Notes: generated by a model not told the origin, from the letters alone. Positions 19,630-30,987 are shown, counted from the first letter of the stretch. The stretch is DNA of 64,000 nucleotides from Candidatus Zhuqueibacterota bacterium (GCA_049322915.1 JBMOPW010000034.1:691372-755371); one strand, 5' to 3'. Numbers and translations are program-made.

Positions 19630-21861
19630 ATGGACATCTTTTTCCTGACATCCATTTTTTATCTGACCATTGGCGTGCTGCTCTTGCTGCTGGGCCTGCT
19701 CATTTTTCGAGAGAATCCCTCGCAGCGAATCAACCGGGCGACGTCTGTCATGATCTTCTTTGCCGCAATCGCTCCGATCATGGCTGCCTTTGGCCTGATC
19801 ATCTTCAAAATGAACGCCCAGTTGAATATCAACATGGATTTCTTCAAGCGGATATTTCTGGTGTGGGAGTTCTTTTTCCCGCAATTGCTGTACTTCTCAT
19901 TCCTGTTTCCGAGAGAACAGAAAATCATTCAGGACCTGCCGCGCATCATTTATTTCATCTACCTTCCCTACATTTTTCACTTCGCGGTTGTCCTGTGTTT
20001 TCACAGCTCAGAGTCCATTTTGGCGCTGGTGAATATTCCTCAATCGGAATCGACCGTGAGCACGGTGCTTCAGCCGTTGCAGATGATTGTCAACCTGTTC
20101 TTTTCCGGACTGAGCATTTTCTATGATTTCCATGTGAACTTTTTCGCGCTGATCAATCTCATTTACGTCATTACCGCGCTCATCATTATGTACAGGGGCT
20201 ACCAGGCGCTCACCTCTCCGCGCATGCGACACCAGGTGGCGCTGGTGCTCTGGGGAATTCGGGTCAGCGTCGGGCTCTATGCCATCGCCTTCATTCTGCC
20301 CAAAATATTCCCCTTCAACGCGTCAGAAGTGATCAATTATTTTCTGACCATCATCGCGCTGTTGATTGGCGCGGTGTCCATTGCCTGGGCCATGATCAAA
20401 TATCAATTCCTCGACATCAGTCTCAGCATCAGCCGAAATTTTCTCTTCTCCATCTCCACCGCCTTGCTCCTGGGCGTTTACCTCGTCGTTTACGATCGGA
20501 TGAAACTGCTCACCCACACGTTCATCGGATTTGATCTTCCCGTTATGGAAGTCATTTTAATCATCATCGCAGCCATCGTTTTTCAGCCGACCCTGGCCGG
20601 GATCGAAAAAGTGTTGGACAGAATTTTTGGGCGGGACAAATCCGATTACCAGCACGTGCTCAAAATGCTGAGCCACGATATTCTCACCATCATGGATATC
20701 GATGCGCTGAAAAACAAGATCACCACGACCCTGACGGAGAGCATGCGGTTGGAAAATGTCCATTTGATCATCGAAACCAAAACGCGGGATTATGAAGTGG
20801 TATGCGAAAGGGACGGAGAGACGATCTCGCACAGGTTTTCCAGGAATTGCGAATTCATCCGCCTCATGCGCACCTTTGAAAAACCGGTCAGCTATGATGA
20901 AGTCATTGCCCGAACGACGCCCGGAAAAGAGGCGGACATTCTCAATCGAATGAACTGCTACCTGCTCATGCCACTGTCGCATCGCGGTCATCTGAACGGC
21001 ATTCTTTGCCTCGGCAATAAACTGACGCGAACATCCTTTTCAGCGGAGGACGCCACCCTGCTCAGCGTTCTCTCCGATCAAATTGCCATTGCTCTTGAAA
21101 ATATCGACCTGTACAAAGACAAGCTGGAAAAGCAGCGGATGGAAGAAGAAATCTCCGTAGCGCGCGAGATTCAACGGATGCTGCTTCCCAACAAAATTCC
21201 CAGCGGGAGAAATTTCGACATCTCCGCCATGAACGTCCCTTCCAAAGAAGTGGGCGGGGATTACTACGATTTTCTCCAATGGGATGACCACCACGTCGGC
21301 GTGGCCATTGGCGATATTTCCGGCAAGGGAATTCCCGGGGCCATGCTCATGTCCAATCTGCAGGCCACTTTTCGCGCGTCCGCATGGAAATCGCTGACGC
21401 CGGCCGAGATCATGAAGAAGGTGAATAACCAGATCTCGCACACGACATCGCCGGAGAAATACGCCACCTTTTTCTACGGAATTCTGGACGCCCGCGCCCT
21501 CACCTTCACATACACCAATGCCGGGCACAACTATCCCATATTCAAAAAGCACAACGGCCAGTATTGTCATTTGACCGGCGGCGGATTGATTGTGGGCGTG
21601 CAGCCGGACTTTGACTACGAAGAGACGTCCATTCAACTCGAGCCCGGGGATACGCTGGTATTTTACACTGACGGCATTACTGAAGCGCTCAATCCCAGTA
21701 CTGAAGAATTCGGAGAGAAGAAACTGCTCCACATCATTCTGCAATCGGCCCATCGGACCGCCGAAGAACTGCGCAATTACATTTACGAGGAAGTAACTCG
21801 ATTCACGGGCGGGGAAAGTCAGTACGATGACCTGACGCTGATTGTGCTGCGGGTGTTGTAA
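19630..21861 (+). CDS. Membrane-bound GAF + SpoIIE/PP2C (RsbU-like) serine phosphatase
   Basis: Multiple N-terminal TM helices; GAF; VGGDYYD, DISGKG, NAGH, YTDG and DDLT motifs. Confidence 0.92.
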   Translation: MDIFFLTSIFYLTIGVLLLLLGLLIFRENPSQRINRATSVMIFFAAIAPIMAAFGLIIFKMNAQLNINMDFFKRIFLVWEFFFPQLLYFSFLFPREQKIIQDLPRIIYFIYLPYIFHFAVVLCFHSSESILALVNIPQSESTVSTVLQPLQMIVNLFFSGLSIFYDFHVNFFALINLIYVITALIIMYRGYQALTSPRMRHQVALVLWGIRVSVGLYAIAFILPKIFPFNASEVINYFLTIIALLIGAVSIAWAMIKYQFLDISLSISRNFLFSISTALLLGVYLVVYDRMKLLTHTFIGFDLPVMEVILIIIAAIVFQPTLAGIEKVLDRIFGRDKSDYQHVLKMLSHDILTIMDIDALKNKITTTLTESMRLENVHLIIETKTRDYEVVCERDGETISHRFSRNCEFIRLMRTFEKPVSYDEVIARTTPGKEADILNRMNCYLLMPLSHRGHLNGILCLGNKLTRTSFSAEDATLLSVLSDQIAIALENIDLYKDKLEKQRMEEEISVAREIQRMLLPNKIPSGRNFDISAMNVPSKEVGGDYYDFLQWDDHHVGVAIGDISGKGIPGAMLMSNLQATFRASAWKSLTPAEIMKKVNNQISHTTSPEKYATFFYGILDARALTFTYTNAGHNYPIFKKHNGQYCHLTGGGLIVGVQPDFDYEETSIQLEPGDTLVFYTDGITEALNPSTEEFGEKKLLHIILQSAHRTAEELRNYIYEEVTRFTGGESQYDDLTLIVLRVL

Positions 21862-22079
21862 TTTTCAGCCGATGCAGCGCCGGACAGAAAAAGTTAAACG
21901 TAAATTGAGCGATTGACAAACAGCCTTCAGCCATCAACGCTATCGATCACCATGAACAGAAACATCTGCCGGGGTTCACCCTAGATTTTGTGGCTGAATA
22001 GTTGAATTTATTCCATTTGAACATGCTGCTTTTCTTATTGCTGAACGCTGAAAGCTGAAAGCTGATCGCTTCTTTTAGG

Positions 22080-22841
22080 TCAGAGATAGTGAATCCGCTG
22101 CTTGAACTCATTCACATAGTTCTGACTGACCAAAATCTCCTGCCCATTTCTCATCATCAATTTCAGCCTGCCGCCGAACCATTTGTGAATCGATTCTATT
22201 TTCTCCAGATTAATGATGAACGACCGATGGACGCGACAGAACAGATCCGGGTCCAGTTTGTCTTCCAGCTCTTTCAACGTGAATGCGATGATGTATTCGT
22301 CTTTGGCGGTTTGCAAAAAGGTATATTTTTCTTCCGCCTTGAAAAAGTGGATTTCGTGATCCGGGATGATAAAAATTCTATCGCCCACCTTGACGGAGAA
22401 TCGCCTGATGACGCTCTGCTTTTTATCGACTGCTTTCAGGAGTCGTTCGAGGTCGAATGGAGCTGCACTGCCCTGTCGCACGATGGTTTCGACTTTCGAA
22501 ATGGCCCGATCGAGTTTGGCTTGTGAAATCGGTTTGAGCAGATAGTCGATTGTGTTTTCTTCAAATGCCTGGAGCGCGTACTGGTCGTACGCTGTGGTGA
22601 AAATGATGTAGGGTGATTTTTCAAGTTTCGTCAGCATCTCAAATCCGGAAAGATGGGGCATTTTGATATCGAGAAAAATCAGGTCCGGGCGGGTCGATTC
22701 AACGAGCACAAGTCCCTCCTGTCCGTCGCTCGCTTCGCCCACAATTTCAATCGTCTCGGAGGCGTCGAGCATCCGCCTCAACCGGGAGCGGGCCAATTTT
22801 TCATCATCGATAATGAGGGTTCGGATTTTCATCGGCAACAA
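22080..22841 (-). CDS. LytTR family response regulator
   Basis: REC domain (DDE, FLDIKMP, FTTAY, YLLKP) plus RVHRSFIIN LytTR domain. Confidence 0.95.
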   Translation of the reverse strand: MLPMKIRTLIIDDEKLARSRLRRMLDASETIEIVGEASDGQEGLVLVESTRPDLIFLDIKMPHLSGFEMLTKLEKSPYIIFTTAYDQYALQAFEENTIDYLLKPISQAKLDRAISKVETIVRQGSAAPFDLERLLKAVDKKQSVIRRFSVKVGDRIFIIPDHEIHFFKAEEKYTFLQTAKDEYIIAFTLKELEDKLDPDLFCRVHRSFIINLEKIESIHKWFGGRLKLMMRNGQEILVSQNYVNEFKQRIHYL

Positions 22842-22936
22842 TGCTTTCTTTGTGTGATTCGCAAATCAACCATGAGCAGGGAGCCACCCGGCGACGCGCT
22901 TCATCCTGATGTCCGGCGCCGGAGATGGTTGGCCAT

Positions 22937-23998
22937 TCAATTCGTCCGGAGATGTTGATGCCCGGAAATCGGTATCCGCAGTTTCACCGTTGTGCCCTTG
23001 CCCGGTTCCGACGCAATATCCAGCCTGCCGCTATCCCCAAACAACAGCCGCAGTCGCTCCTGGATGCTGTACAGACCAAAGCCGGGATCCGCCTTCCCGG
23101 CGTCGAACCCGGCGCCATTATCCGTCACGGAAATGGCCAGGTGATCCGCTTCGTTTTTTATGTCGATTTCAACATGCACGGCCCGATTGTCCCGGCCGTG
23201 CGCGTGCTTGATCACATTCTCCACCAGGGGTTCAATCAGCAACCCCGGAATTTTTGTCGCTCGCAACGGCGCCGGACAAACGATTCGGAACGACAGATTC
23301 TCCTCGAAACGCAGCTTCTCCAATTCCAGCATGTCTTCAATCAGGTCAATCTCTTGGCTCAGGGTGATGAAATTCTGGTTGGAAATGAAGAAGATTTTAC
23401 GGTACAAATCCGAGAGCTGCACAATGCTCTCTTCCGCCTTTGCAGGATTATCATAGATCAACGCTGCCGTGGAATTCAGCGCATTGAACAGAAAGTGAGG
23501 ATTGAGTTTCGCTTGCAGACTGCTCAGCCTGGCTTCCAATTCAATGCGCTTCAGTCGTTCATTTTCCACCTCGATTTCTTTGATCCGGGTTATCTTCTCC
23601 TCGAGGTTCTGCTTTAAAATCATATAGGCCGTTATGACAATGCTGGAAACCAATCCAAACACCAGGCTGAACAGGATGGGTTGCCTGGCCAGCGCGATTT
23701 TTTGCTTCAAAATCAAGCTGGCAGCAATGACGCCCAGGAACACCCCAACGACCACCAGGCTAATGAATAACGAGAAATAGGCAAGTCGGGGATACCGGGA
23801 AATTCTGTCGTTGAAGTAACAAATGAGCGACGCGCAGAAAAACGTGCAGGTCATTGTATAAACGAAACTCTGGAGATAGACGTAGCGCCAGGGTTGCGCT
23901 GTCATGATGGTATGCAGCGTCCCGGACGCCAGAAAGATCACTAATGCAAATAAAGCGATGGTGTAAAAATGCTTTTTTTGACAGCCTTTCACGTTCAT
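22937..23998 (-). CDS. LytS/YehU-type sensor histidine kinase
   Basis: LQAKLNPHFLFNALN, ENVIKH and DNGAG motifs. Confidence 0.93.
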   Translation of the reverse strand: MNVKGCQKKHFYTIALFALVIFLASGTLHTIMTAQPWRYVYLQSFVYTMTCTFFCASLICYFNDRISRYPRLAYFSLFISLVVVGVFLGVIAASLILKQKIALARQPILFSLVFGLVSSIVITAYMILKQNLEEKITRIKEIEVENERLKRIELEARLSSLQAKLNPHFLFNALNSTAALIYDNPAKAEESIVQLSDLYRKIFFISNQNFITLSQEIDLIEDMLELEKLRFEENLSFRIVCPAPLRATKIPGLLIEPLVENVIKHAHGRDNRAVHVEIDIKNEADHLAISVTDNGAGFDAGKADPGFGLYSIQERLRLLFGDSGRLDIASEPGKGTTVKLRIPISGHQHLRTN

Positions 23999-25278
23999 AG
24001 ATTCAGCCTGATTCCGCCTTCGATGGAAAATGATTGGAACAATTCACCGTACTCAGAGTGCGCCTTGCCCTCAAAGATATAACTTCTTCCATAAAAAGTA
24101 AAGTGATTTTTCAGGGTGAGAGCAATTTCAGGAATGGTGATGAAGCTGAGATCGTTCAGATTGATCAACGAGGTCGATTTCAGCTCGAGCGCTTCTGTCA
24201 CCGGGATCGTGATATAGTTCATCACATAGTCTCTCATGGCGCCTTTCGAAGAGAACACGTTCGCGCTCCAAAGTAAATTCCCCCGGGCCAGTTCGCCGTA
24301 GGGAGTCGAAAAATACCCGCTGACAAATTCGACATGCCGGATGACTTGCTGCCATTCCTGTTTGGAATAACCCTGATCGCGATGGTAATACTCCAGGATC
24401 CAGCCTATGTTTTTCAGCAGGGTGTAATTTATCCCGATCACGTATTGATGATAAAATTGGTCATCATCCCGCTTCAGCAACGCCAGAGGGTACTCGTAGT
24501 AAAAAGTCTCAGCGTTGGTGATCGCCCGATGATAGACCTGGTAGCTGCCTTTCTGCGCGGCGAACTCCCCGTGTATTTCCAATCGCTCGCCAATCACGTA
24601 CGCAAAATTGCCGGCCAGAATCGGCGCCTCTGCTTTATTGGCCAACGCAATCAACGAGACATCGCAATCCAGAATATTCTTGTAGAGCCGAACCGCCAGC
24701 CTGGATTGCGAGGCGCGAATTTTTTCATCGAAATTCACCTCCGTCAGATAGGCCAGCGCAATCGAATAGCTCTCGCCGAAATACTCCAGCTTGGCAAGGT
24801 CATTGCCCTGCATCCGTCGCTCTGTATTATCCGGGTCGCTCAATTCTTTCTGCGGCGCAACCACATTGGCCGGATTGAAGGCATAGCCAGCGCCCCAGTT
24901 CAGCAGGATTCTGCCCGCCATCACGCTCAGATTCCCAAAGACATCTTTTTGAAAATAGAGCTGCTTGACCCGCAAATTTGCATCCCAGTCCGTTTCATAC
25001 GTCGATGCGCCCAGCAGGTCGATGCGCCAGTCGACCGAGAGCATTCTCGCCTGCAGCGAAAGGTACTGGGAAAAATACCAATCCCGATTCACCATGCCAA
25101 TTTCATCCACAGTGATGTTGTCCGGGTTGAAAAGAGTGTTTCGGTAATTCATGTAACCCGTTTTATAGAGTCCGTAGGTCTGCCAGTTCATCCCACAGAG
25201 TTTCACTGACAGGAGCAGAATGATGGGGAGGATAAATTTCATCATTTTTGAATTGATCATCATTTTGAATTTGTCCAA
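23995..25278 (-). CDS. Putative outer-membrane beta-barrel protein
   Basis: Signal peptide; LNWGAGYAFNP motif; amphipathic strands; in operon with LolA-like gene. Confidence 0.7.
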   Translation of the reverse strand: MDKFKMMINSKMMKFILPIILLLSVKLCGMNWQTYGLYKTGYMNYRNTLFNPDNITVDEIGMVNRDWYFSQYLSLQARMLSVDWRIDLLGASTYETDWDANLRVKQLYFQKDVFGNLSVMAGRILLNWGAGYAFNPANVVAPQKELSDPDNTERRMQGNDLAKLEYFGESYSIALAYLTEVNFDEKIRASQSRLAVRLYKNILDCDVSLIALANKAEAPILAGNFAYVIGERLEIHGEFAAQKGSYQVYHRAITNAETFYYEYPLALLKRDDDQFYHQYVIGINYTLLKNIGWILEYYHRDQGYSKQEWQQVIRHVEFVSGYFSTPYGELARGNLLWSANVFSSKGAMRDYVMNYITIPVTEALELKSTSLINLNDLSFITIPEIALTLKNHFTFYGRSYIFEGKAHSEYGELFQSFSIEGGIRLNL

Positions 25279-25301
25279 TTATTCTTTACGACGGCAACCG
25301 C

Positions 25302-26024
25302 CTATAAATCCGTCACATGGATCAGATAATTTTTGTTGAAATATTTGACGGGTATTTTCTTTTCTTCGATCTTCAGATATTCAAAAATGGTTTTGCTGTT
25401 CTTGTTCAACTCGTCGTAAATGATCATCTTCTCCAATATCACCTTGCCGGCGAACGACCGAAACGTCTCGAAGAAAGCGGTTTTAATATGCTTGCCCGAT
25501 GTGACGAAATATTCGGCTTTCACCGGGCGATAATCTCCCTGCCGGACGTAGAGAATAATTTTATGATAGGTGGCCGTTTTCTTCTTTGCCAGCAACTGCA
25601 ATTTATGACAGGCGATTTCGTTCACAGTTTCCCCGGCGATCATCCCGGCGGTGTAATCATCTGCCAGGCTCACGCGCGCCACATCGCCATTGGAGGCCTC
25701 CCCCATCAGTCGCTGGATCGGCGTGATCCGAATCGGGCGCTGGGAATTGGGCAATTGCACCCACATATTTTCTTCCACGTACAGCAGTTTCATACCTTTG
25801 GTTTTATGTTCTCTGGCGACCACCAGACTTTTATCGTTGCCGTTCATGTACGCATCAAATATCGCCGTCTCTTTCAGTTCGTCATTTTCATACGTCGTGA
25901 TCTTTGTCCTGACCAGAAATTCCTGATACGGCACGCGAAACGCATCGATTTTTTTAAGGATATCCTCCTGGGCAAACGCTGCCGTCGCCAGAATTGAGCA
26001 TAGTATGAAAACAATTTTTTTCAT
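25302..26024 (-). CDS. Outer-membrane lipoprotein-sorting (LolA-like) protein
   Basis: PIRITPIQRLMGEASNGD motif; signal peptide. Confidence 0.85.
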   Translation of the reverse strand: MKKIVFILCSILATAAFAQEDILKKIDAFRVPYQEFLVRTKITTYENDELKETAIFDAYMNGNDKSLVVAREHKTKGMKLLYVEENMWVQLPNSQRPIRITPIQRLMGEASNGDVARVSLADDYTAGMIAGETVNEIACHKLQLLAKKKTATYHKIILYVRQGDYRPVKAEYFVTSGKHIKTAFFETFRSFAGKVILEKMIIYDELNKNSKTIFEYLKIEEKKIPVKYFNKNYLIHVTDL

Positions 26025-26181
26025 GTATCATTCTCCGAAATGGTATGACTTCGTTTTAGAGGTGCAACTCATTCTACTTGATCCGATTGAGCAAAATATA
26101 TCAGCCCGAAGTACGTTGAAATGGACTGTCTCCGCTTCATGGCACGGACGGAATGGGTGCATTAAAGCGCCGCCCGCCGGA

Positions 26182-27420
26182 TCAAATATGGCCAAGAGCA
26201 TCCACGATTTTCATCTTCGTCACTTTCAACGCCGGCACAATGGTGGAGACAATGGCCACGAAGACTGTCGTGATGAATATCTGCGTGTAAAGCCCGATCT
26301 CGTTGCGGATGCTCAGCGGATAGCCATCGGTCATGCCCGGCGCCGGCGCCAACAGAATGTCGAAGTAATTGATGATCGTCGATCCGATGAGGGCGAATAT
26401 TGCCGCGAACACTCCGCCAACAATGCCGATGAACAGCCCTTCAAAAAAGAACATCTTCAGCGTCTGCCATTTGGATGTTCCCAGGGACAATAATGTTCCA
26501 ATTTCGGTAGTCCGCTCGACAATGGACATGATGATGGTATTGGCCGTGCTGAAAAACACGATGATGAATAAAACGAGGGACAAAAATCCAACCATCTGAT
26601 TATAGAACGTCTTCACGCGCTTATAATAGATCGCCATGTCTTCCCACTTTTTCAGGGAGATTGCATAGCCGTTTTGCTTTGCCAAGTCTGAAATTTGCTG
26701 GTAATAGGAATCGGTGCGTTCCGTCTGGTCCAGCGTCACCAGCAGCCGCTTCACCTTCTGGGTGTTCAACAGAATTTGCGCTGCCGACAAAGGTATCACA
26801 ATGGCGCGTTCGTCGTACTCGGGCGAGAAGCCACTGAACGTGCCGACGAATTTCAGATCAAGGGCATTGAGCGCGCCGTCGGCAGTCGTCGCCATGACCG
26901 TCAGATAATCCCCGACTTTCGCATTCAGCGATTTTGCCAGCCCATTGCCCAGCGCGATGATTTGCACCTCGTCCGATCGGGCAATCAGCGAATCATACAC
27001 CGGCGTGTTGATATCGAATAGCGCGCGAAGTTGCTTCTCCTTTTCCGGCTCAACAGCCTGGCCGATGCACGCCACGGATTTATCGCCATTGGAAATCAAT
27101 CCCATCAGATCGATCCGGGCCAGCACCAGTTTGACGTCCTTCATTTTCATCAGATCCGTCCGGATGCGTTCGTAATCTTCCAGTCCGTATTGCAGCGCGG
27201 TCTCTTCTTCCCTGTCAAAAAAATCCTGGTGGTAAATCTGAAGATGCCCCGTCTCCGAGTGAATGGTGCTTTCCCGCAAGCCCCAGTTAATGAACAACGA
27301 ATGTCCCTGCGCCAATAGCAGACAGCCAATGCCGAATGTAATCACCAGCAGCGTCACGGCTGTCCGTCGTTTTTGCCTGAATAAACTTCGAAACCCAAGT
27401 TTCATGAATGTCATATCCAA
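26182..27420 (-). CDS. ABC transporter permease (LolE/FtsX/MacB family)
   Basis: ERTTEIGTLLSLG motif; large periplasmic loop. Confidence 0.9.
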   Translation of the reverse strand: MDMTFMKLGFRSLFRQKRRTAVTLLVITFGIGCLLLAQGHSLFINWGLRESTIHSETGHLQIYHQDFFDREEETALQYGLEDYERIRTDLMKMKDVKLVLARIDLMGLISNGDKSVACIGQAVEPEKEKQLRALFDINTPVYDSLIARSDEVQIIALGNGLAKSLNAKVGDYLTVMATTADGALNALDLKFVGTFSGFSPEYDERAIVIPLSAAQILLNTQKVKRLLVTLDQTERTDSYYQQISDLAKQNGYAISLKKWEDMAIYYKRVKTFYNQMVGFLSLVLFIIVFFSTANTIIMSIVERTTEIGTLLSLGTSKWQTLKMFFFEGLFIGIVGGVFAAIFALIGSTIINYFDILLAPAPGMTDGYPLSIRNEIGLYTQIFITTVFVAIVSTIVPALKVTKMKIVDALGHI

Positions 27421-27666
27421 CTCCTGTCGCCTTGTATGTTTTCAAGTGATACCTATAATCCTAATCTGAACAAGATCAGCGGACGTTCCGCGCTGAACTT
27501 CACGGATTCAGAATCAGTGTAAATCTGTGTAATCCGCGTCATCCGTGTTGTATTAAAAATGTATGAAATTGAAATTTTGTCATTGTTATTTATTTGTGAT
27601 TTTGAAATTGTTTTTTGGAATTTACAGATTTTACAAATTCAGGTGAGAAGCCATTAAAAATCAAAT

Positions 27667-28347
27667 TCACCCGGCAATCTCGCCATCTTCCAAATGGATG
27701 ACCCGCTTGCCCCGTTCGATGATCTTCGGATCGTGGGATGAAAAGACGAATGATACTTTTTCATCCTGATTCAGTTTTTGCATCAGCTCGATGATTTCCT
27801 TGCCGGTCTTCGAATCGAGATTGGCCGTGGGTTCATCGGCTAAAATGATCTCCGGCTTCTTCACAATGGCCCGGGCAATGGATACCCGCTGCCGCTGTCC
27901 GCCGGAAAGCTCATTAGGACGATGGCTTTTCCGCTCGTACAAGCCCACTTTTTGCAGCACGTCGTCGACGATTGTCTTCCGATTTTGCCTGGAAATCCTT
28001 TTCAGGATCAGGGGATACTCCACATTTTCATAGACATTCATCACCGGGATGAGATTGAATGTCTGAAAAATGTAGCCCAGATGATCCCGGCGATACGTGT
28101 AAAGTCCATTATGAAATTTATCCGCCAGATTGATATCCCCGAACCACAATTCTCCGGACGAGGGCGTATCGATGAGCCCCAGAATATTGAGCAGCGTGGT
28201 TTTGCCGCTGCCCGAGGGACCGGCAATCACCAAAAAACTCTGTTCCTCAATATCGAGACTGACGTCCCGGATCGCCTGGATTGTCGTCTTTCCCAGCGTG
28301 TATTCCTTCACGATATGTTTCATTCTAACAATGGTTCGATTGGCCAT
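27667..28347 (-). CDS. ABC transporter ATP-binding protein (LolD-like)
   Basis: [16 protein letters not shown] and DEPTANLD motifs. Confidence 0.95.
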   Translation of the reverse strand: MANRTIVRMKHIVKEYTLGKTTIQAIRDVSLDIEEQSFLVIAGPSGSGKTTLLNILGLIDTPSSGELWFGDINLADKFHNGLYTYRRDHLGYIFQTFNLIPVMNVYENVEYPLILKRISRQNRKTIVDDVLQKVGLYERKSHRPNELSGGQRQRVSIARAIVKKPEIILADEPTANLDSKTGKEIIELMQKLNQDEKVSFVFSSHDPKIIERGKRVIHLEDGEIAG

Positions 28348-28422
28348 TCTATGCTCCTTGTAAATTCAACCTGTCATTCCCTTCAAAATTAGCTGTAATC
28401 CGCGAGCGGCAATTTTGAACGG

Positions 28423-29088
28423 CTACTTGATTTTATCCAGCTTCTGCCGGGCTTTGGTCGCCAGCTCGGATTGTGGATCGAGTTCAATCACCTTTGCCAA
28501 TTTCGCTCGCGCTTCCTGGTCTTGTTCATCTTTAGTCAGCGCCAGACCATAGTAAAAATAGTACGGTAACCAGAACGCCTTGGTCATGGTCTGCAGCCGC
28601 TCCTGTCCAAGTGATTCGATGTGTTTGAAATCCGCCAGCGCCGTTTTCAGCCGCTGGAACATGCCCGGCACAGAAGTCCCATTGATGGCGCGAATCAGCC
28701 GAATCTCCGCCTCATCCGGATCCATGACCACGGCGCTATCCATGATGGCGAAGCCGCGCTTCATGTAACTCATTTTTTTCCAGGGAAGTTGCGCATCCCT
28801 GGCTTTCTGGGTGAGCATCGAACCGTAGTAAACCATGGCCACGGCATTGTCCGGCGCCAACGCCATCAACTTCGACAGATACACATCCGCTTTTTTGACC
28901 GCGGACTTGTCCTCATGTTGACCGCCCAGATCGTGATAGGCTCTGCCGAGCTGAAACAGCAACTCCACATTGGCTGAATCCGATTGCAGTTGCTCTTCCC
29001 ATTGGGGAATTTGGGCAGAAAGATTCACCGAAATGAACAGTCCCAACGCGGCGACCAGAATTATCAGGATACTTAGTCTGATTTTCAT
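28423..29088 (-). CDS. Exported TPR-like protein
   Basis: Signal peptide; helical repeats (LAPDNA, LDPQSE). Confidence 0.75.
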   Translation of the reverse strand: MKIRLSILIILVAALGLFISVNLSAQIPQWEEQLQSDSANVELLFQLGRAYHDLGGQHEDKSAVKKADVYLSKLMALAPDNAVAMVYYGSMLTQKARDAQLPWKKMSYMKRGFAIMDSAVVMDPDEAEIRLIRAINGTSVPGMFQRLKTALADFKHIESLGQERLQTMTKAFWLPYYFYYGLALTKDEQDQEARAKLAKVIELDPQSELATKARQKLDKIK

Positions 29089-29260
29089 TGCAATTATCCT
29101 TTGGCTGATGGAGCGGTCAGCACTGAAACGAGGTCACGGGATTGGAAGTGAACTTACGCCAACCCGCTCCCTTTCAAACCACTCCAGTGAAAGTGCGGCA
29201 ATTGAATTATTGTCACGTGCCTCAAGATAACACCCTTTTCATTAAGATGGAACGAAATAG

Positions 29261-29311
29261 AGATGAAGTCCGTTTTTGGCAGGATGAAATGATGTTTTTG
29301 AAGGATGAAAT
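29261..29311 (-). promoter_or_regulatory. LytTR-type binding site (three 9-bp direct repeats, 21-bp period)
   Basis: AGATGAAGT 29261, GGATGAAAT 29282, GGATGAAAT 29303, upstream of the operon ending in the LytTR regulator. Confidence 0.7.
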
Positions 29312-29487
29312 GAAATCGATGCAGCGCAATTCACGTTGCCCTGCCCAATCGCCGGCGAGGGCGTCGGATCATTTCTTTGATCTGGCAACCGGCTACCGCG
29401 CATTGATGGCAATGAAGTGAACCGGGGCGCACCCGATTCACTTCAGTCCAAAATTGCGAAAGAGAAAAGTATGGTCAGGTGTGAATT

Positions 29488-30930
29488 TCAGTTCAAGAAC
29501 TGCACGTCATAGTTCCAGTCCCATTGATCGAAGTAAAGATTCCCTCCGCGCCATTCCAGCTCGCCCCGCTGGAAATCAACGGTCTCGGAGCGGAAATGGA
29601 TTTTGGCCGGGAACAGCGGCTGTGAAAAGTCATCGTTGACAATCAATCGGTAGGCGTCCATGCTGCCGAGGAAGAACCATTTTTCATCCTCATTTTTACT
29701 TTCGATGACGCCGATGTCCGCGTCCACCGGCAGCCAACCGTACGGCTCAAAATAGATCTCGCCCCAATCGTGCATACCACCCCGACCCGGCGTTGTGGTC
29801 CAGCCGGATTGCCAGCGGGTGGGAATGCCATTCATTCGGCACAGCGTCATGAAGAAAATCTCGTGCATGCCGCAATCGCAGTGGCGGTTCTGATAGACAT
29901 AGTCGCTGATATTGGACATGGTGGAATATTCCCGCGCCGACGTCCAGGGTATATTGTCGTTAATCCAGAGAAAGATTTTTCTGGCAATGAAATAGGGATT
30001 GGTCTCTTCGCCGACGATCTGCTCCGAAAGCCGCTTCAGATCATCGGAAAACACAACGTGCGGCGGTCGCTCAGCGAGGTATGGCTTCAATTCATCCGTG
30101 ACAAGCGCCGGTTTTACCCGGCTGGCGTCGACCTTTTGACGCACGGCGTAACTGGTGTATTCGAACACGACCTGGAATTCGGTCGTTTTGCCGGCCATTG
30201 CTGCTTTTTCGAAATAGATAGTCCGCTGCAAACAGGCGTCATTGTCCGCGATCAGATAGCTCTCCGGCGCAGTCGAAATGAGCCGAATATCAGTCTGGCG
30301 ATTGCGTATTTCGCGGGGGAACGGAAGCCAGCAGCGCAGCACTTCGCCGTCCGGCACTGCATTTTCCGCGACCGTCACCGTGTAGGTAATGCGCGCCCGC
30401 AGCGGCCGGACATACTTCTGGCCGGTCGTCTGCGATTCGTCAATGATGGCTTTGACGTCGCTCAACCGATCGTAGCGATCAGGGAGTTCCGGGGCATCCT
30501 TTTTCTTTTTAATCGCTTTTAAGTCCTTTTTGATGCGAAACAAATTGGACGCGGCATTCCGGAAATACATCTTCACACCGTCGATCATCTTGTACTCCAG
30601 GGCGCGTTCCTCTTCCCAGCGCTGAATATCTGCATCGGTGACCTGTGGATAGTAACCCCGGATGTACTCGACGACCTGTTCGCGCGTCCGGTCAAAATCA
30701 GCTCTGATCCTGTCCAGCCGTTCAATCTCAAACGCCAGGACCAGCCGCAGCTCCGGAGTTAGCGCGGGATTCGTCGCGAGTTCCAGTCGCAGTTCGTTCT
30801 GCGCGGTGGTGAATTCTCCGCACCGGATCAATCGCTGAAATTTGTCCGGCAATTGCCCCTGAGCCGGACAGGCGGCTGAGAAAGCCAGGACAAAGATCAT
30901 CAGCAACAATCGCTTCGTTTTCATCATCAT
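29488..30930 (-). CDS. Transglutaminase-like domain protein
   Basis: Catalytic triad-like DCG...HDWGE...PVD; signal peptide. Confidence 0.88.
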   Translation of the reverse strand: MMMKTKRLLLMIFVLAFSAACPAQGQLPDKFQRLIRCGEFTTAQNELRLELATNPALTPELRLVLAFEIERLDRIRADFDRTREQVVEYIRGYYPQVTDADIQRWEEERALEYKMIDGVKMYFRNAASNLFRIKKDLKAIKKKKDAPELPDRYDRLSDVKAIIDESQTTGQKYVRPLRARITYTVTVAENAVPDGEVLRCWLPFPREIRNRQTDIRLISTAPESYLIADNDACLQRTIYFEKAAMAGKTTEFQVVFEYTSYAVRQKVDASRVKPALVTDELKPYLAERPPHVVFSDDLKRLSEQIVGEETNPYFIARKIFLWINDNIPWTSAREYSTMSNISDYVYQNRHCDCGMHEIFFMTLCRMNGIPTRWQSGWTTTPGRGGMHDWGEIYFEPYGWLPVDADIGVIESKNEDEKWFFLGSMDAYRLIVNDDFSQPLFPAKIHFRSETVDFQRGELEWRGGNLYFDQWDWNYDVQFLN

Positions 30931-30987
30931 TGCAATCTCCCTTTTTAATCCGCATTATTCATTGTTTTTTTATAGGAAGCGGGATAA

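Noticed and set aside
22039..22070. Heptamer repeats GCTGAA(A/C) and the AATC(C/T)G(T/C)GT repeats near 27500-27550 as functional arrays
   Set aside because: Only 3-4 degenerate units with no associated gene; treated as common intergenic repeat remnants.
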